The position numbers were made by a program, and so were the translations under genes. Below the pieces are notes generated by a model that saw nothing but the letters and a program-made list of their open reading frames with translations, had not been told where the DNA came from and ran no database searches. Shown here piece after piece: positions 1-12,759 of a stretch of DNA of 64,000 nucleotides; positions within the stretch are counted from its first letter, which is position 1, and the number at the start of each line of letters is the position of its first letter. The stretch comes from Eledone cirrhosa (lineage: Eukaryota). The DNA lies in contig OZ024743.1 in assembly GCA_964016885.1 (NCBI GenBank), forward strand, positions 320,354,001 through 320,418,000. The letters run 5' to 3'.

Positions 1-400
1 ATTGTCCACTTAGTAATTTCTGTCTCGATAAAAACCTAGTAAAATGGTAACTAGTGCCAACACCTATACCTATATTGGCTCTACGTCTACCTCCTTTAAA
101 GCAAGATTCTATAATCATTCTTCTACATTTAAATCTCCACTTAAAAGGACCAGCACCGCATTCTCAGAACTTATTTGATCCTTAAAAGACAAAAACATAA
201 ATTACAAAATTTCTTGGCGTAAAATCTACAACGCATCTTCATACTCCAATGCTTCCATATCTAGTGTTTGTAATTTATGTCTAGTTGAAAAATTTACCAT
301 TATCTCGAATTTCAACACAATAATAAATCGAAGAACCGATTTATTTGGACTTTGTAACCGTAAATCCTACAAGACCTTTCACAAAGTATACAGCTGATGT
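1..400 (+). mobile_element. Penelope-like element relic, GIY-YIG endonuclease C-terminal region
   Basis: Manual translation gives YIGSTSTSFKARFYNH...STAFSELI*SLKDKNINYKISW...CNLCLVEKFTI...INRRTDL, typical of a PLE GIY-YIG domain. It contains a stop codon. Confidence 0.8.
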
Positions 401-1130
401 CCTTTAACATATGCCATGTGTCACGGTTATCTTTACACATCTTTCATTATATTCTACAATGTATGAATTTGGTTTGATCTTTTATTCTATAGCCTCAGAT
501 TTTCGCTCAAACCTTCGTAGATTTTGTAAACAAATTATGACGTTATATGTTTTTCTACGTTTATAAATCTTTCTGGCAATTTCCTTTATTTACTTGTTGA
601 TATAAAATAAGAATTAAATAGTATACCCCACATATATATATTTTTACTAGAAATTATTAATTTTGGCATAGACAGACGATTTTTATTTCTATTTTATGTT
701 ATGAAAATCCCTTTTTTTATATTTGTTTTATTTTATTTTATTTTATTAATACATTTTTACACTTCTTAATCCAATTTTTAGTATTTAAACCCAATATAAA
801 ATAATATACCCAGTTTCTATATTTAGGCCCCTAACATTTGAATACCGTCTATAATATTCGCACATATTTACTTTTTAACCGCTATTTACAGCTGTTTCCA
901 TTTTAACAGCGTTCCTGATCAAAATATATCTCTCTCTCTTTCTCTTTCTTCCTTTTTTCTTCTTTTTTTCCTTTCTTTTCTTCTCTTCCTTTTCCTTTTT
1001 CTCCTCTTCTTGCCTTTCTTCTATTTTCCTATCTATTTCTTACTATAGTTTTAGTACTTATAATTCTGTCATATGTAGACTTAGCACTTTCCTGTAAACA
1101 AGTGTTATTATGCCTCTTATCATGTTACCT

Positions 1131-1200
1131 TATTTTATCTGATGAGAACACAATTTTTGTCCCAGGATAATTTTGTATTCGAAATACGCATAATAAAATA
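1131..1200 (+). ncRNA. Type I hammerhead ribozyme fold (PLE pLTR)
   Basis: Stem I tattttat/ataaaata; CTGATGA at 1139-1145; stem II gaacacaa/ttgtattc; GAAA at 1181; short stem III; predicted cleavage after ATA at 1192. Lies downstream of the PLE relic. Confidence 0.7.
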
Positions 1201-1434
1201 TATGGAACTCTTTTAACCAGCTTTTAATTCCTCTTTATTATATGTATATATATATCTGTATAGATATAGATAGGTAAATATACACGGGTGTGTATGATTG
1301 TGTATAGAAGATTATATTAATAAGAGGAATTCCAACTTTGTCTGATTTACTCGTTTTATTTACAATCCTTTAAAATATATATAATGGTATTATAATGAAA
1401 TAGTATGATAGAATATTAAATTCTAAGTATTAAT

Positions 1435-1473
1435 TGAACAAGTACTTTCATGCTTTCGCAATCTTCAGGTTCA
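1435..1473 (-). ncRNA. Minimal hammerhead ribozyme fold
   Basis: Minus strand reads tgaac CTGAAGA ttgc-gaaa-gcat GAAA gtac tt gttca, with a palindromic stem III (aagtactt). Confidence 0.6.
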
Positions 1474-1789
1474 TGATATGTGGTGACAGTCGAGTTTGCA
1501 ATTTTCATGCATATCTGTATATATGCATATCGTGTGTATTTGTTTATTTTTAAGTTGTTTTTATTTATCCCCCCCCCCCCTCCCCCACACACTCACACCT
1601 TTCGTTGTCAGCACGTTCCCTTTTTTATTTTATTTTGATTTTGATTTCGGTTTTGATTTTCTTATATATATATTTTTTATTTTTTGTTCTTATTTATTTA
1701 GTTAGTTATTTCTGTTTCTAAACTACTTCTAAATTACTCGCACATATTGATACGTGCTAGTGCATGTATGTGTATGTATGTGTATATAC

Positions 1790-1960
<171 letters not shown>

Positions 1961-2469
1961 TATGTGTATATACACGTTCGCGTATGTATAGACCTTTTTG
2001 TTTATGTGTTTTTGTGTTTGTATGTATGTTTAATGTGTGTGTACACTCCATTTTTATATGTGTGCGTGTGTATTTGTGTGTAAATTTTTGAGTGCATATA
2101 TATCTGTGTATATATTTGTGTATGTATTTATATTCCTGTTCGTATTTCTATGTAGACGCAAATACGCTTAATTGAGAAAGTATACGTCTACGTACTATTA
2201 CGTATAATCGCGTAGTTGAGTGTGTGTATGTTTATGTTCTGGATATTTATTTTTTTATATATATATTTTTATATTGTTTCCCCTATTTCCTTTTTGCCCG
2301 TTTTTTTTTTCAGGCTCACTTTCATATTTCCTAAATTTTGTTTACAAATCCATATTTAATAGAAACAACATGTTATTTATTCATTCTGACCACTGAAGAC
2401 TGACACAACAACTGCCTTTAAGAAACCACTGGTATATGAAATAATTATCTTATGTTGTTTATTACATAA

Positions 2470-2514
<45 letters not shown>

Positions 2515-2657
2515 CCAAAGATTAATATGGTTCATTGATTACTCAATGAATGTAGTTTTACAATAGATTAAAAGCACTCTACAAGGACGTTTTCTGATTT
2601 TATTTATATTATTCAAAATATTAATAAATGAAGACGTTCACATAATCAAAATATATG

Positions 2658-2720
2658 TTTTATTATATATATTTCGGAGGTACTGTGCTGTTTTTTCAGT
2701 ACGTCCTCGTCAGATAAAAT
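2658..2720 (-). ncRNA. Type I hammerhead ribozyme fold (PLE pLTR)
   Basis: Minus strand reads attttat CTGACGA ggacgtactg..cagtacctcc GAAA tatata TA ataaaa. Lies downstream of the minus-strand PLE relic. Confidence 0.75.
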
Positions 2721-2959
2721 ACATGAATTGATGTGTGACATACCTCAACTGTCTTGATGGTTCAATTCCAGTATTGGCAGACTGAAGTTGTATAAGGTTA
2801 CAAGTATTGCATTCAAGGTTCGTTTTCGATAAACATTGAATAAGATATGCTTCGATTTATTAGGTTTTATAATTATTATTATATTATTTATATTGTAAAT
2901 ACACAACTTACATCAGATTTCAGAGCATCATATAATTGGTTAAGTGGTTAAAGAGCATT

Positions 2960-4075
2960 TATAGAGATTATGAAAGGTTTTGGAAAATTTATGCAAACAA
3001 GAATTAAATATTATTTCTTTTTGTTAATAATATTACCAGGATAATAATATTACCGGTACAAAGCTGACAAATTTTCGAAATTGAAGAATTTTGGTATACT
3101 GGACCAACCTGATTTTATTCAAAGAGATTGAATACTTAATGTTATTGTCTTTTAAAGACCAAATTAGTTGAGACAGTGAAGTTGAGAATTTCTTATCAGG
3201 GCGTTCGAAAGTATCTTTGTGATTATATCAGCGTCTTTAAATTTTCATTAAGTGGCACCTATATAATTATACAGTTTATCGTTAGTTTTCATCGTGCATT
3301 TATATACTAAATTAGTATCTAAGCAATGAGTGGGCATGAGATATTATTTCTGCAATTACATTTTCTTATATTATTTGAAGATGTAGTATCATTATTAAGG
3401 TATATAGTGGTGGATTGGCAGTAGAAGATCGGACGCCATGTTTTGACGCATAGGGTTACGGCCCTTGCCATTCTGAGTTCAAATCCCGCCGTGGTTAACT
3501 TTGCCTTTCATCATTATGGGGTTGATAAAATAAAGTACCAGTAATGTACTGGTTATGTGCTGGCCTTGTGCCAAAAGTATAAACAATTATTAAGGTATAC
3601 GTTATTATTATTATAGCTAATGTTATTAATTATATTATTATTGCTATTTTGGTTTATTTCAGTTTGGTTTATTTTTATATTTCTATTATTAATTTTTGCT
3701 ATATTCTGGGTTAGATTCATAGTAAGAGAGCTTGAATGTATGTCTGTTAAAAATGGAATGGTATTTGTGGGATTTAGGAAAACATTCATCTAGAGCCCTA
3801 AAGAATTGATGTGTTAAAGATGTCTTAATTCCTAAAGATATTGGAGGTGAATACCAAATTATAGAACGGGTTCTGGCTTTCTGATATGGTTTACTATTTT
3901 GGTTAGGTGGTTTATTTTCGTTTTTTTACAATATACTTTAGCATGTGGGTTTTTAATATTTCTGTCTATATAGTTCAATGTATTAGTGTATCCAGCTCAG
4001 TGTAAAGCGTCGTTATAGTATTCAGCTTTGTTATCAAATATATTTTTATTAGCTGAGACTCTATAAACTCTTTCT
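2960..4075 (-). mobile_element. Penelope-like element relic (RT C-terminus, linker and GIY-YIG), interrupted by a SINE
   Basis: Minus-strand fragments LSANKNIFDNKAEYYNDAL, RSIIWYSPP, CNCRNNISCPL, CLDTNLVYKC..YIGAT, YNHKDTF..STSLSQLIWSLKD. Confidence 0.8.
3405..3585 (+). mobile_element. tRNA-derived SINE (family A)
   Basis: A-box-like tggcagtagaag and B-box gagttcaaatccc. 14-bp TSD attattaaggtata at 3391-3404 and 3586-3599. Several other copies occur in the window. Confidence 0.85.
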
Positions 4076-4860
4076 AGACGTGGCAACAAAGCCACAATTC
4101 AATTCTTGGCTGACCAAAACGGGTACATGTTACTCGAACCCGAGCAGATGTGTGAGGCTTTCCAGCAGCGCTTTGCTCCACTGTTTGGGAGCGGCGGCGG
4201 GCCGGATCGGAGTATGAACTTCACTGCATACGTCGAGGGACTGTCGCAGCTCTCGACGACCGCAGTGCAGTATTGAGAAAAGCCGATAATAGCAGGTGAA
4301 ATAGGGGAAGCGATGTCTGACTGCCCGAGGGGGGATGGTCTGCCCTACGAGCTTTATGCGTACATGCCAGACTTGTTCGGCGACCTATTCGTAGACGTCT
4401 ACAGCAACTGGCAGCAGAACGGGAGCATTCCCAGTTTTGTGAGCTGGGAATCGGCGGCGCTGTTGAGAAAAGACCCGAACAAAGGGGATGTTATAGACAA
4501 CTTCAGATTTCAAGATTTCAAGAATTTTGGCCAAGGTGTTGGCAACGAGATTGGCGCTTGTCGTCGGTAATCTGGTAGGAAATGCACAGACATGCGCCAT
4601 TCCACACGTATCTATCCACGACAACCTCCACCACATGCGATACATCATAGAGAGGGTGGTTAAGGAACCTGGCACGGGTGGGGCCCTGATCAACTTAGAT
4701 CAATCTAAGGGTCGACCATCGGTACCTGGCGGCGGTCCTCAATGCGACTGGTTTCGTGCCCATTTTCAGGGGTTGGATCGCTGCGATGCACAGCGACATC
4801 TGCTCAGTTGTGAAGGTGAACGGTCATGTCACAGCCGTTCAGTATCATGCGCTCGATCCT
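4076..4860 (+). mobile_element. Degraded Tx1/L1-like ORF2 fragment, related to the element at 15185-21083
   Basis: DGLPYELY...NWQQNGSIP...LLRKDPNKGDVIDNFR and AKVLATRLALVVG...IHDNLHHMRYI match the ORF at 15428-17545. Confidence 0.9.
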
Positions 4861-4899
4861 AGAAGCTAAAGATTACAGTATTTTTCTTGTATGTGCCAA

Positions 4900-6238
4900 C
4901 TGATGCTGTGTAGAAAGCCCAGCTAACTGCATGGAAGCCTGCAGATATCCCATTCAAGGAACATCAATGTTGTTAAAGGGAGATATGTAAATAAACAGAA
5001 GCTATCTGACACGGAGCAGATTGTAATGTTAGTAAAACCAGATCTTAAATTATCTTCCAGACAGACCTGATTCTACAATCCTTGTAACTCAATATTCAAG
5101 GCCTTTCCTAACAATTTAATAGTCACAAAGTCTGTTAGTGTTAAATAAAAAGAAATCTTCCCTCAAAATCCTGATTAGTTGCTCTTAAATGCTATAAACA
5201 AACCTTTCTGCCATAAACAAACTTGTCTTTGGGATGAGCTTCTCAAGAGCCTGCAGAATTCACCTATTGTTTTCAACCGAGCATGTTATGATGGTCAGCT
5301 CATCCATAAATGTTCTAACAATCTGACATACTCCTTACTTGGCCAGAAGAATTCTGTTCTCCACTTCGATTGGCATGACCACTATGTTAATGGCAAAAGC
5401 AAATTGAACAACTGAGATGGGACAGCATGCTATAGTTCCTTGCTAAAATCGGTTCCTGTTTATAATTACTGACCCAGAAATGACCCTTTACTTAAAATGA
5501 ATGTAATATTCGAAGATCTGGTGTGTGATCCTATTTGAAACAGGGTTGTGCTTTGCAATGGTAGTTATGCATTATAAGCTCAAGTAGTATGTGTTGTAAT
5601 GGCCCATATGCATTAGCTAGATCCAATCCTAGAACAATAGCGTTGCCACTTAGGTGTGCGGAACTCATTTAATCAGCCGCCATTGCCACGCTACTCTCGC
5701 TTTCTGCAATATCACCTTCAAGGTTTTCCATAAGTGTTTGAGTAGTTCTGACCAACACTTGTAAACAACGTAGGCTATACCACGGGCTTATGGCGAAGGC
5801 TGAATCTACCCTCTTGATGAATCATTCCACCTCATTCAGACTCGGATCCCGCATATTGAAATATGTTGTTAAAGAAATAGGTGTATGAGAATGTTCTTAG
5901 GTTTAAATGCCTGCCAACTCAACGGATCACTCAGGGTAGCACGGGGGACATGATTTGTTTCTTCTCTAGAGCACATGAGACGACCATTTCGTCTGTTTCC
6001 AATTATTTGTTAAAAGCAATAAGATTGACAATGAACGTAGTTCGCCTCTTGAATCCTTCTTCTCTCTCGCCCTCACTTTCTATCTTTTTCATATCTCACT
6101 CTCACTCTCTCCCACACACTTTCAATCTCTCTCCATCTGCGTTACAAAGTGTCCTAAGCCTTCTCGCAAGAATGTTTCGGAGCCTTGAATTTGAGTTACG
6201 CTCTGGGCTTGGCGTTATATTTTTCAACGTAGTCAAAC
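4900..6238 (-). mobile_element. Degraded Hero/R2-like (RLE-type) non-LTR retrotransposon, RT portion
   Basis: Minus-strand fragments LRNILARRLRTL, RRTTFIVN, LLKHLWKTLKVI..AWQWR, LDLANAYG, RTFMDELTI..ILQALEKLI, SGLSGR*FKIWFY. Many stops and frameshifts. Confidence 0.7.
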
Positions 6239-6598
6239 CTTTAGAGCAGTGGTTCGCAACGGTGGGCCAAGGGCCCACTCGGTGGGCCCGGGACAATTTT
6301 GAGTGGGCCCGGAGAAATTTCAGTGGGCCTGGAAATTTTTTCAACTTTCTTGGAACTTGAGATCACACAAAATGACAAACTCTTTTTTAAGTCTGAATGT
6401 TCTGTGATAAAATCACATGACTTAAGCTGACCTGCATTGTTTGGGGTGCAATAACGCAGATACCTGCATATGTGTACGTTCTTGCACATTCATGCACACC
6501 TGTGCGTACTCAAGTCATGTCTGTTCCTGAAATCTCGGACGCTATAAATGTGGGTGCAATAGAAATGGAATTGAGTTGAGGTTTTTACATTTCGTCTT

Positions 6599-6973
6599 GG
6601 GTTACTGAATTAATTTCGCCCGGTGAACCCCAGCGAAAGTTACTCCCGTTGTTTATATCAGTAAAGTGACTAAAACAAATGTAATATATTTACGGTTAGG
6701 GTTATTTTTTAATTGAACCCTAACCCTAACCCAACCCTAACCCTAAAAAATAACCCTAACCCTAATCCAACTCTAACCCAACCATAACCCTAACCCTAAC
6801 CCCAAAAAATATATTACATTTGTTTTAATATGTAGTCACTTTGCGGCTATAAACAAGGGGAGTAACTTTGTTTGGGGTTCACCGAGCGAAATTATTTCAG
6901 TGGCGAAATTATTTCAGTGGCGAAATTAATTATGTGGCGAAATTAATTCAGTGGCGAAATTAATTCTGCACCC
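6599..6973. mobile_element. Fold-back MITE (MULE-like) with a (CCCTAA)n core, nested in the hAT element
   Basis: GGG...CCC termini and inverted arms of about 90 bp. About five tandem 17-bp (g)gcgaaattawttcagt units in the right arm. 10-bp TSD with one mismatch (atttcgtctt 6589-6598 / attttgtctt 6974-6983). Confidence 0.7.
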
Positions 6974-7548
6974 ATTTTGTCTTGTGGATCTGTTTTGCAG
7001 TCTTTACTAGGTGAGTATGCTGTTTTCTATAAATAATTCCCAACCTTTTTATTGTTATTCTTTATGTTAAAAGCGAACAATGACTTTTTTCTTGTATAAT
7101 AAAGTTGTTCCACATTTTTAATGTCATTAAGGCAACATACAGAGTGGGCCAAAAGTATGTACACTATTAGTAAAAATGCATTTTACAAAGAAAGAATATG
7201 CTATTACATTAATTTGTACCTTTTTAAGCAATTTATATAGCTTTTTGGTACGCGGTAATCGCGTCTAGAATCACAGTTCCATAAATGAAATTTGGTCCGT
7301 CAACGCTTTTGTTGGCCAAGTTGTCTACATTGCGTGATAAAGCACTTATATCTTCAGAATAAAATGATTCGTTCAGATTGAGCCTGCTTTGAACCACCCG
7401 GCTGCTTAAACAATATGACATACATGAAAAGGGCTCGCAAAACTAAATTGTTAATTTGCCATGATATCTAACAACTACCAGCCTTTTTGCCGTACTCAAC
7501 TTTTTGCCGTTTTCTTTTGTTTTAGTTTTATCTAATTTTGTCAGGATC

Positions 7549-9375
7549 ATGTCATCGAATTCTACCAAACGACCGTTTACTAGGAGCTATAATGCAGACT
7601 TTCTACATCTCGGCTTTTGCACCATCAGAAATCGATTCCGATAGGCCCGAATGTGTGGAGTGTGGAAAGTTCATGACGAATGATTCAATGAAGTCAAATT
7701 TATTACCGCATCAAAAAGCTGCACACCCGACGTCCGTTGGAAGAAGTGTTGAATATTTTAAGAATAAGTTGGAAACACACAGAAGAAAGTCACAACTTCC
7801 GATGCAGATGTTCATGCGAAAAAAGAACGATGTTAATAAAAAGGCACTTAAATCAAGTTATATCGTAAGTGAAATGCTCGCAAAGGTATGTAAACCTCAC
7901 ACGATCGCCGAACTCCTGGTAAAACCGGCCATGCTTGCGTGTGCAAAGGAAATGCTGGGAGAAGAATCCGCCAATATTTTATCGAAAATTCCACTTTCCA
8001 ACGATACAATCAAACGCAGACAGGATGAAATGGCAGCAGATATTGAAAATCAGCTGGTGGAGAAGCTTCGAGTACTCAAATTTTCTCTCAAAATTGATGA
8101 AACGACTCTTCATAACTGTGCATTTCTTCTTGCTTATGTTCGGTTCATTGAGGGAACGTGTATTCGTGAAGAAATGCTTTTTATGAAATCATTGAAAGAC
8201 ACAAAAAGCGAATCCATTTTTGCATCAGTGTATGAATATTTTGAAGAAAAAAACATCCCACTTTCTAATCTACTTCAGATTTCCACAGACGGTGCAAATG
8301 CTATGACGGGTGTACATAATGGATTCATTGCAAAACTTAAGAAAGTCGCACCGCACGTCTTATCCATACACTGCATCATTCACCATCAACACCTTGCAGC
8401 CAAATGCCTAAGTAGCGACATGGAGCATGCACTTCAAGTTGCTATTTCAAGCATTAACTTCGTAAAAGCGAATGGTGTCTACGAACGATTGTTTTCAGAA
8501 CTGTGTGAAAATGAAGAACATCGTGCACTTCTTTTACATACCGAGGTTTTACATACCGCTGGCTTTCCAAGGGAAACTCGCTAAATCGTCTCGTAAAATT
8601 ATGGGATCCGCTTTTTCTATTCATACAGCGAATGGTGACTGAGGCATGCAGAGGAATTCAACGAGAAAGAGCAGGCCTCCTAGTCGAAAAATTAAGCCAC
8701 AACGATACCAAGACCAACATTTTTTATCTGTCTGATATTTTTGCACACATTAGTTCATTAAACAAGACCCTTCAAGGCCGTGCGACTACAATAGTGTATT
8801 GTACGGAAAAAATTCGATCCGTCATCTCTAAGCATAGTTTATGGTCCAATCATCTGCAGAGACGTGAATTCGCATGCTTTCCAAATCTCTCCAAAACGAC
8901 ACCTTCTGACGCCGTTTTGATCAGCTGCGTCGACCACATAAGAAATTTACAAACTGATTTCAAACGACGATTTCATGATATACTGGACATGAAGACCCCG
9001 CAGTGGCTGTTGGACATTCAAAACGTTGATGTTATTAGCGACGAAACTCTGGATCCTAATCTTGCAGTCAACTTGCTGGAACTCAAAGAGAATGCGCTAT
9101 TGATAGGGAAAATGGAACGCGAGGGCCTTCTCGGCTGGCTTAATGTTGAAAAAATATTTCCAAACCTTTATGATCAAGCCTTTCCTTTTATTCTCTCTTT
9201 TCCTACAACGTGGCTTGCTGAATCTGGTTTTTCCACGCTAAATGATATTTTTTTGAGAAAAAGAAACCTTCTTCAAACCATCAACCGGGGAGATTTGCGG
9301 CTCAAATTGAACCAATCCTTTGAAGTCCAAATCGACAGTCTTGTTGAAAGACATCAGGAGCAGTGCAGCCACTAG
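7549..9375 (+). pseudogene. hAT transposase (BED finger and DDE, SCAND3/ZBED5-like family) with two frameshifts
   Basis: Start MSSNSTKRPFTRSYNADFLHLGF, then CVEC..H..H BED finger, IDET, STDGA, HCIIH, HTEV/RWLSKG, ESGFS. Frameshifts near 7615 and near 8550 (8-bp insertion). Confidence 0.88.
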
Positions 9376-9724
9376 CACTGAGCATTTGAGCATTGCTAAA
9401 ACGACCATTAAATTGTTTCTTATTTTTTATTGACTTTTTATCAAGAATTCGTGTTTTTCACTCGTAAAATTTAAATGCAGTCGGGATCATATGGGGGTAA
9501 GTGTTCCAGAATGCTTTTTGAGCACTGACTCTGGCAATTTCTAGGGAGTAAAGTGGGCCGGGACAACAAAAACATTGAGAAGCATATATATATCATGTCG
9601 GGGTTATAGTCCGAAATAGTTTTTGATCACTAGTTTACGCTTGTAAAATAAGTGGGCCCGGACATTTTTCGGGAGCTAAAAGTGAGCCCAGGTGTCAAAA
9701 ATGTTGAGAAACACTGCTTTAGAG

Positions 9725-10090
9725 GTAAACCTTTCTATGCTGGCTTCCATTGTATGAATTTAGCTGTGACTTCTGTATAACTTGTGGGCTGGTACCACTT
9801 GGCCTCTTGTTGATGAACTATACTAGAAGGTTCAAGTTACCGTGATGGGTAGAGGTACTGGGTCTGTTGGCTCCTACCAGGGTTCCTCATATGTCTCACC
9901 ATGTTCAAGTTTTGCTACATCTCGTTCTGTTGATCTATGTATTATACACTGTCCTGTTGGAATTTAAATTTGCCTTCATTTTTGCACAAATTCCGTCCTA
10001 TATGATACCTCATCTTTCCTGCTTTTCCATGGGCTTCTTCCTTGCAAAGAACAAAAATAAACGTATAAACCCATCTTGTCCTTTATAACG
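9725..10090 (-). mobile_element. 5' part of the Hero-like LINE, separated from 4900-6238 by the hAT insertion
   Basis: Contiguous with 6238 across the TSD. Carries a weak remnant of an N-terminal zinc-finger-like segment (NLCKNEG). Confidence 0.45.
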
Positions 10091-10947
10091 TTTATAGCTG
10101 TGTCAATTGCTTCTCTAGTAGTCATCAAATTATTAGTGTGTGTTACTCAATGAAACTTGGACATTCGTCATTGTTCTTCGTTATGGCAAGGTTTCTCACC
10201 GATTTTGACAAATCTAAATGATTTCCTTTAGGTATGACACTGTTTTCTGGCACGGAGGACAGTGGCTATGGTTCCAACAATAACATTAAGCATTTGGTGA
10301 TGGCCTTTCGGGGCAGATGCTGTGTAAATGTTCCAAAGATCCCCCTGTAGAATAGAGCGTGTACGCAAGTGTTTTCTTCTTTCCCCACGTGAGAAAATTA
10401 ACCAGGCGCCTTAGGACATTCTATGGACAAGGAATTGGATGCAAAGGACGTTTACCTGTAGGTAATAGCTAATTATGCAAAACACGATACCGACTCATTT
10501 CGTCCATGTTTCATGCTTTTGGAGCCCTAGGATCTTGCTAACTCCTTACCTTGGATATTTCCAACACTGATATTTTGGCAGTATCTCAAGCGTGCCTTGC
10601 CAGTTAGACTATTGGCCACCAGCTCCTGACAACACACACCATGAGTAAAGGTACAAATAGCAACCACATAGCCTATCAATATAATCAATATGTAAATGAA
10701 AATAGTAAGAAGAATAAATAGTCTAAAACCAAAGTTCAAATGCTACAGTACTTTATTTACAAGCAATATACATATATATACATGCATATATATGTATATG
10801 TGTGTGCATGTATTATGTTTGTGTGTGTGTGTTTGCGTAGGTATGTTTGTGTAGGTGGAAGTGTGCCCATATATTTGTGAGAATCTGCCAATAGACTTTC
10901 TATGTCAGCAGTTTAATATTTTGTTCCGAAGGAGAAAATCAGTTATA

Positions 10948-10985
10948 TTAATTTACTGGCATTGTCGGGATTTGCTCCATAGTTA
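10948..10985 (-). CDS. Putative terminal coding exon of the host gene (VTMEQIPTMPVN*)
   Basis: Strong acceptor tttctctactttcag. Phase 1 matches the upstream PAN exon. In-frame TAA, and an AATAAA on the minus strand near 10755. Confidence 0.5.
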
Positions 10986-11206
10986 CTGAAAGTAGAGAAA
11001 TTGATGATGTATTAGTTATCTGTTAATCTGTATTGTATTGTCTAGTATATGTATATACATAGAAATACACTCACACACACAAGCATATATATTTATATAT
11101 AAATTACAAATGCATCTACATATACATACATGTATATATGCATATAAATATTTACATACATATATACATACACCCAAACACATATACACGCACACACACA
11201 TATATA

Positions 11207-11255
<49 letters not shown>

Positions 11256-11429
11256 CGGAAGAAATGTGGTAAGGAACCAGGTGAACCATAACGCACCAAA
11301 GTACTCAATACTTAGGGTATTAGAGGTATATAAAGGGAAACAGTAGATATATATATATGACTGTATAAATGATTTACTAAATTTTGTAAAAGGAGTCATT
11401 GAGTAACATTTAAAATTAGTTTAGTTATC

Positions 11430-12606
11430 TATTGGTAACAGAATATATTGCCCAACCTCACGAATGCAACACTCTATCTACTAAGCCACACACCTTCATG
11501 TCTCTCGAGCAAGTCAATCTGCATAAAACAGATAATATCATGAGAGTTGGGAAGGAACTCCTCGAGAGATATTCCCTGTGTGATAATCAAAAACTCACAC
11601 CCAGGGAAGTCGCTCAGCAGTATCGCAGTGAATCCAGTGATGAAAAACTGCATGCTTATCAGCAAAAACTCATGCATGGTTATGTTGCCAGGAAGCTCCA
11701 GAGTGAGAGTAATATAGATAAGGAAAGTAGTCTATCTTGGACGAACAACCGCTATATTAGCTCCCACTTTGAAGGATACGCTTTTGAAATCCAAGAACAG
11801 GAAATTAACACAAAAATACCTGATTCACAAAAGTGATAGGGATGCAGGCAAAACACCTAGAATTAACAACGAAGATGTCACCCATGTCATCAACAGCTGT
11901 CCAAAGATGCCATAGTGGTACTATCTACCTATGAGGCATGATGTAGTGGACAAAAGACTGTACAATACAATCCAAAGAAAATATAGCCCCGATAATAAAC
12001 ACAGTAAAAGCTACAGCAATGTGGAAGACACCCATATACATAATATGAAAGAGTACTGGTGGAATGTTCCAGTAAAAACCCCAATAAAATGCAGACATAA
12101 CAGACCAGATATTATGATATGGGACAGAGAAAAGAAAGCAAGCACAGTAGTGGAAATTAGCTGCCCAGCAAATGCCAATATAATATCAAAAATTAGCGAA
12201 AAGGAGAATATTTATGCAGAACTGACGAGAAATCTGCAGATACTCCACCCTGATTACACCTTCAGATTTATGACTCAATACCAATCTTGAGAAGCTAGGC
12301 TTCACAGGAACAGAAAGAACACAACTAGTTAAGAAGTTACAAGTACAATCCATTAATGGAACAGTAAAAAATATGTAAAACATACCAAAAACTTTGCATC
12401 TAATAACTGCATATACACATGTACAGATACAAAGCATATACACATGCACACATACAACTAAAAACATACACATACACACATACAATAACATCCATATCTA
12501 CACATGCATGCAGGCATGCATACATAATCTACCTAGTTGATGTTGTGTAAATTCCAATGAGAGAGTCTTGTGTCTATGTTAGAAACCGACTCTCTCTATT
12601 GGTAAA
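11430..12606 (+). mobile_element. Degraded RLE-type (R4/Dong-related) LINE, second family, 3' part
   Basis: KLMHG..EGYAFEIQEQEINTK, RHD, HNRPDIMIWD..VVEISCP..KENIY. Followed by a (TAA)n tail. Confidence 0.8.
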
Positions 12607-12623
12607 ATAATAATAATAATAAT

Positions 12624-12739
12624 TGTTTCTACTTTTGGCACAAGGCCAGCAATTACCCAGTACATTACTGGTACTTTATTTTATCGACCCCGTAAGGAAG
12701 AAAGGCAAAGTGAACCTCGGCGGGATTTGAACTCAGACC
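12624..12739 (-). mobile_element. SINE family A, 5'-truncated, inside an (AAT)n array
   Basis: Reverse complement of the 3' part of 3405-3585, with AAT repeats on both sides. Confidence 0.85.
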
Positions 12740-12759
12740 AATAATAATAATAATAATAA

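Larger units (their letters stand above)
6247..9716 (+). mobile_element. hAT (Buster/Charlie-type) DNA transposon
   Basis: TIRs cagtggttcgcaac / gttgagaaacactg. Perfect 8-bp TSD ctttagag at 6239-6246 and 9717-9724. Repeated subterminal gtgggcc motifs at both ends. Internal transposase. Confidence 0.93.

Noticed and set aside
2385-2440. CTGAAGA ... GAAACCACTGGTA hammerhead-like motif
   Set aside because: No convincing stem I or stem II. At best a decayed copy.
6715-6805. CCCTAA repeats as a true telomere or fusion site
   Set aside because: The tract is short, degenerate and enclosed in a TSD-flanked MITE.
6895-6970. Regular 17-bp repeats resembling a CRISPR array (also the 34-bp repeats at 40101-40280)
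   Set aside because: They are directly tandem with no unique spacers, in a eukaryotic context with no cas genes.
7138-7166. TA-cagagtgggccaaaagt, resembling a Tc1/mariner TIR
   Set aside because: No matching opposite terminus was found.
10549-10672. Exon-like segment (ag...gtaagg) on the minus strand
   Set aside because: It lies beyond the predicted stop and polyA signal, has no recognisable domain, and may belong to the Hero-like 5' region.
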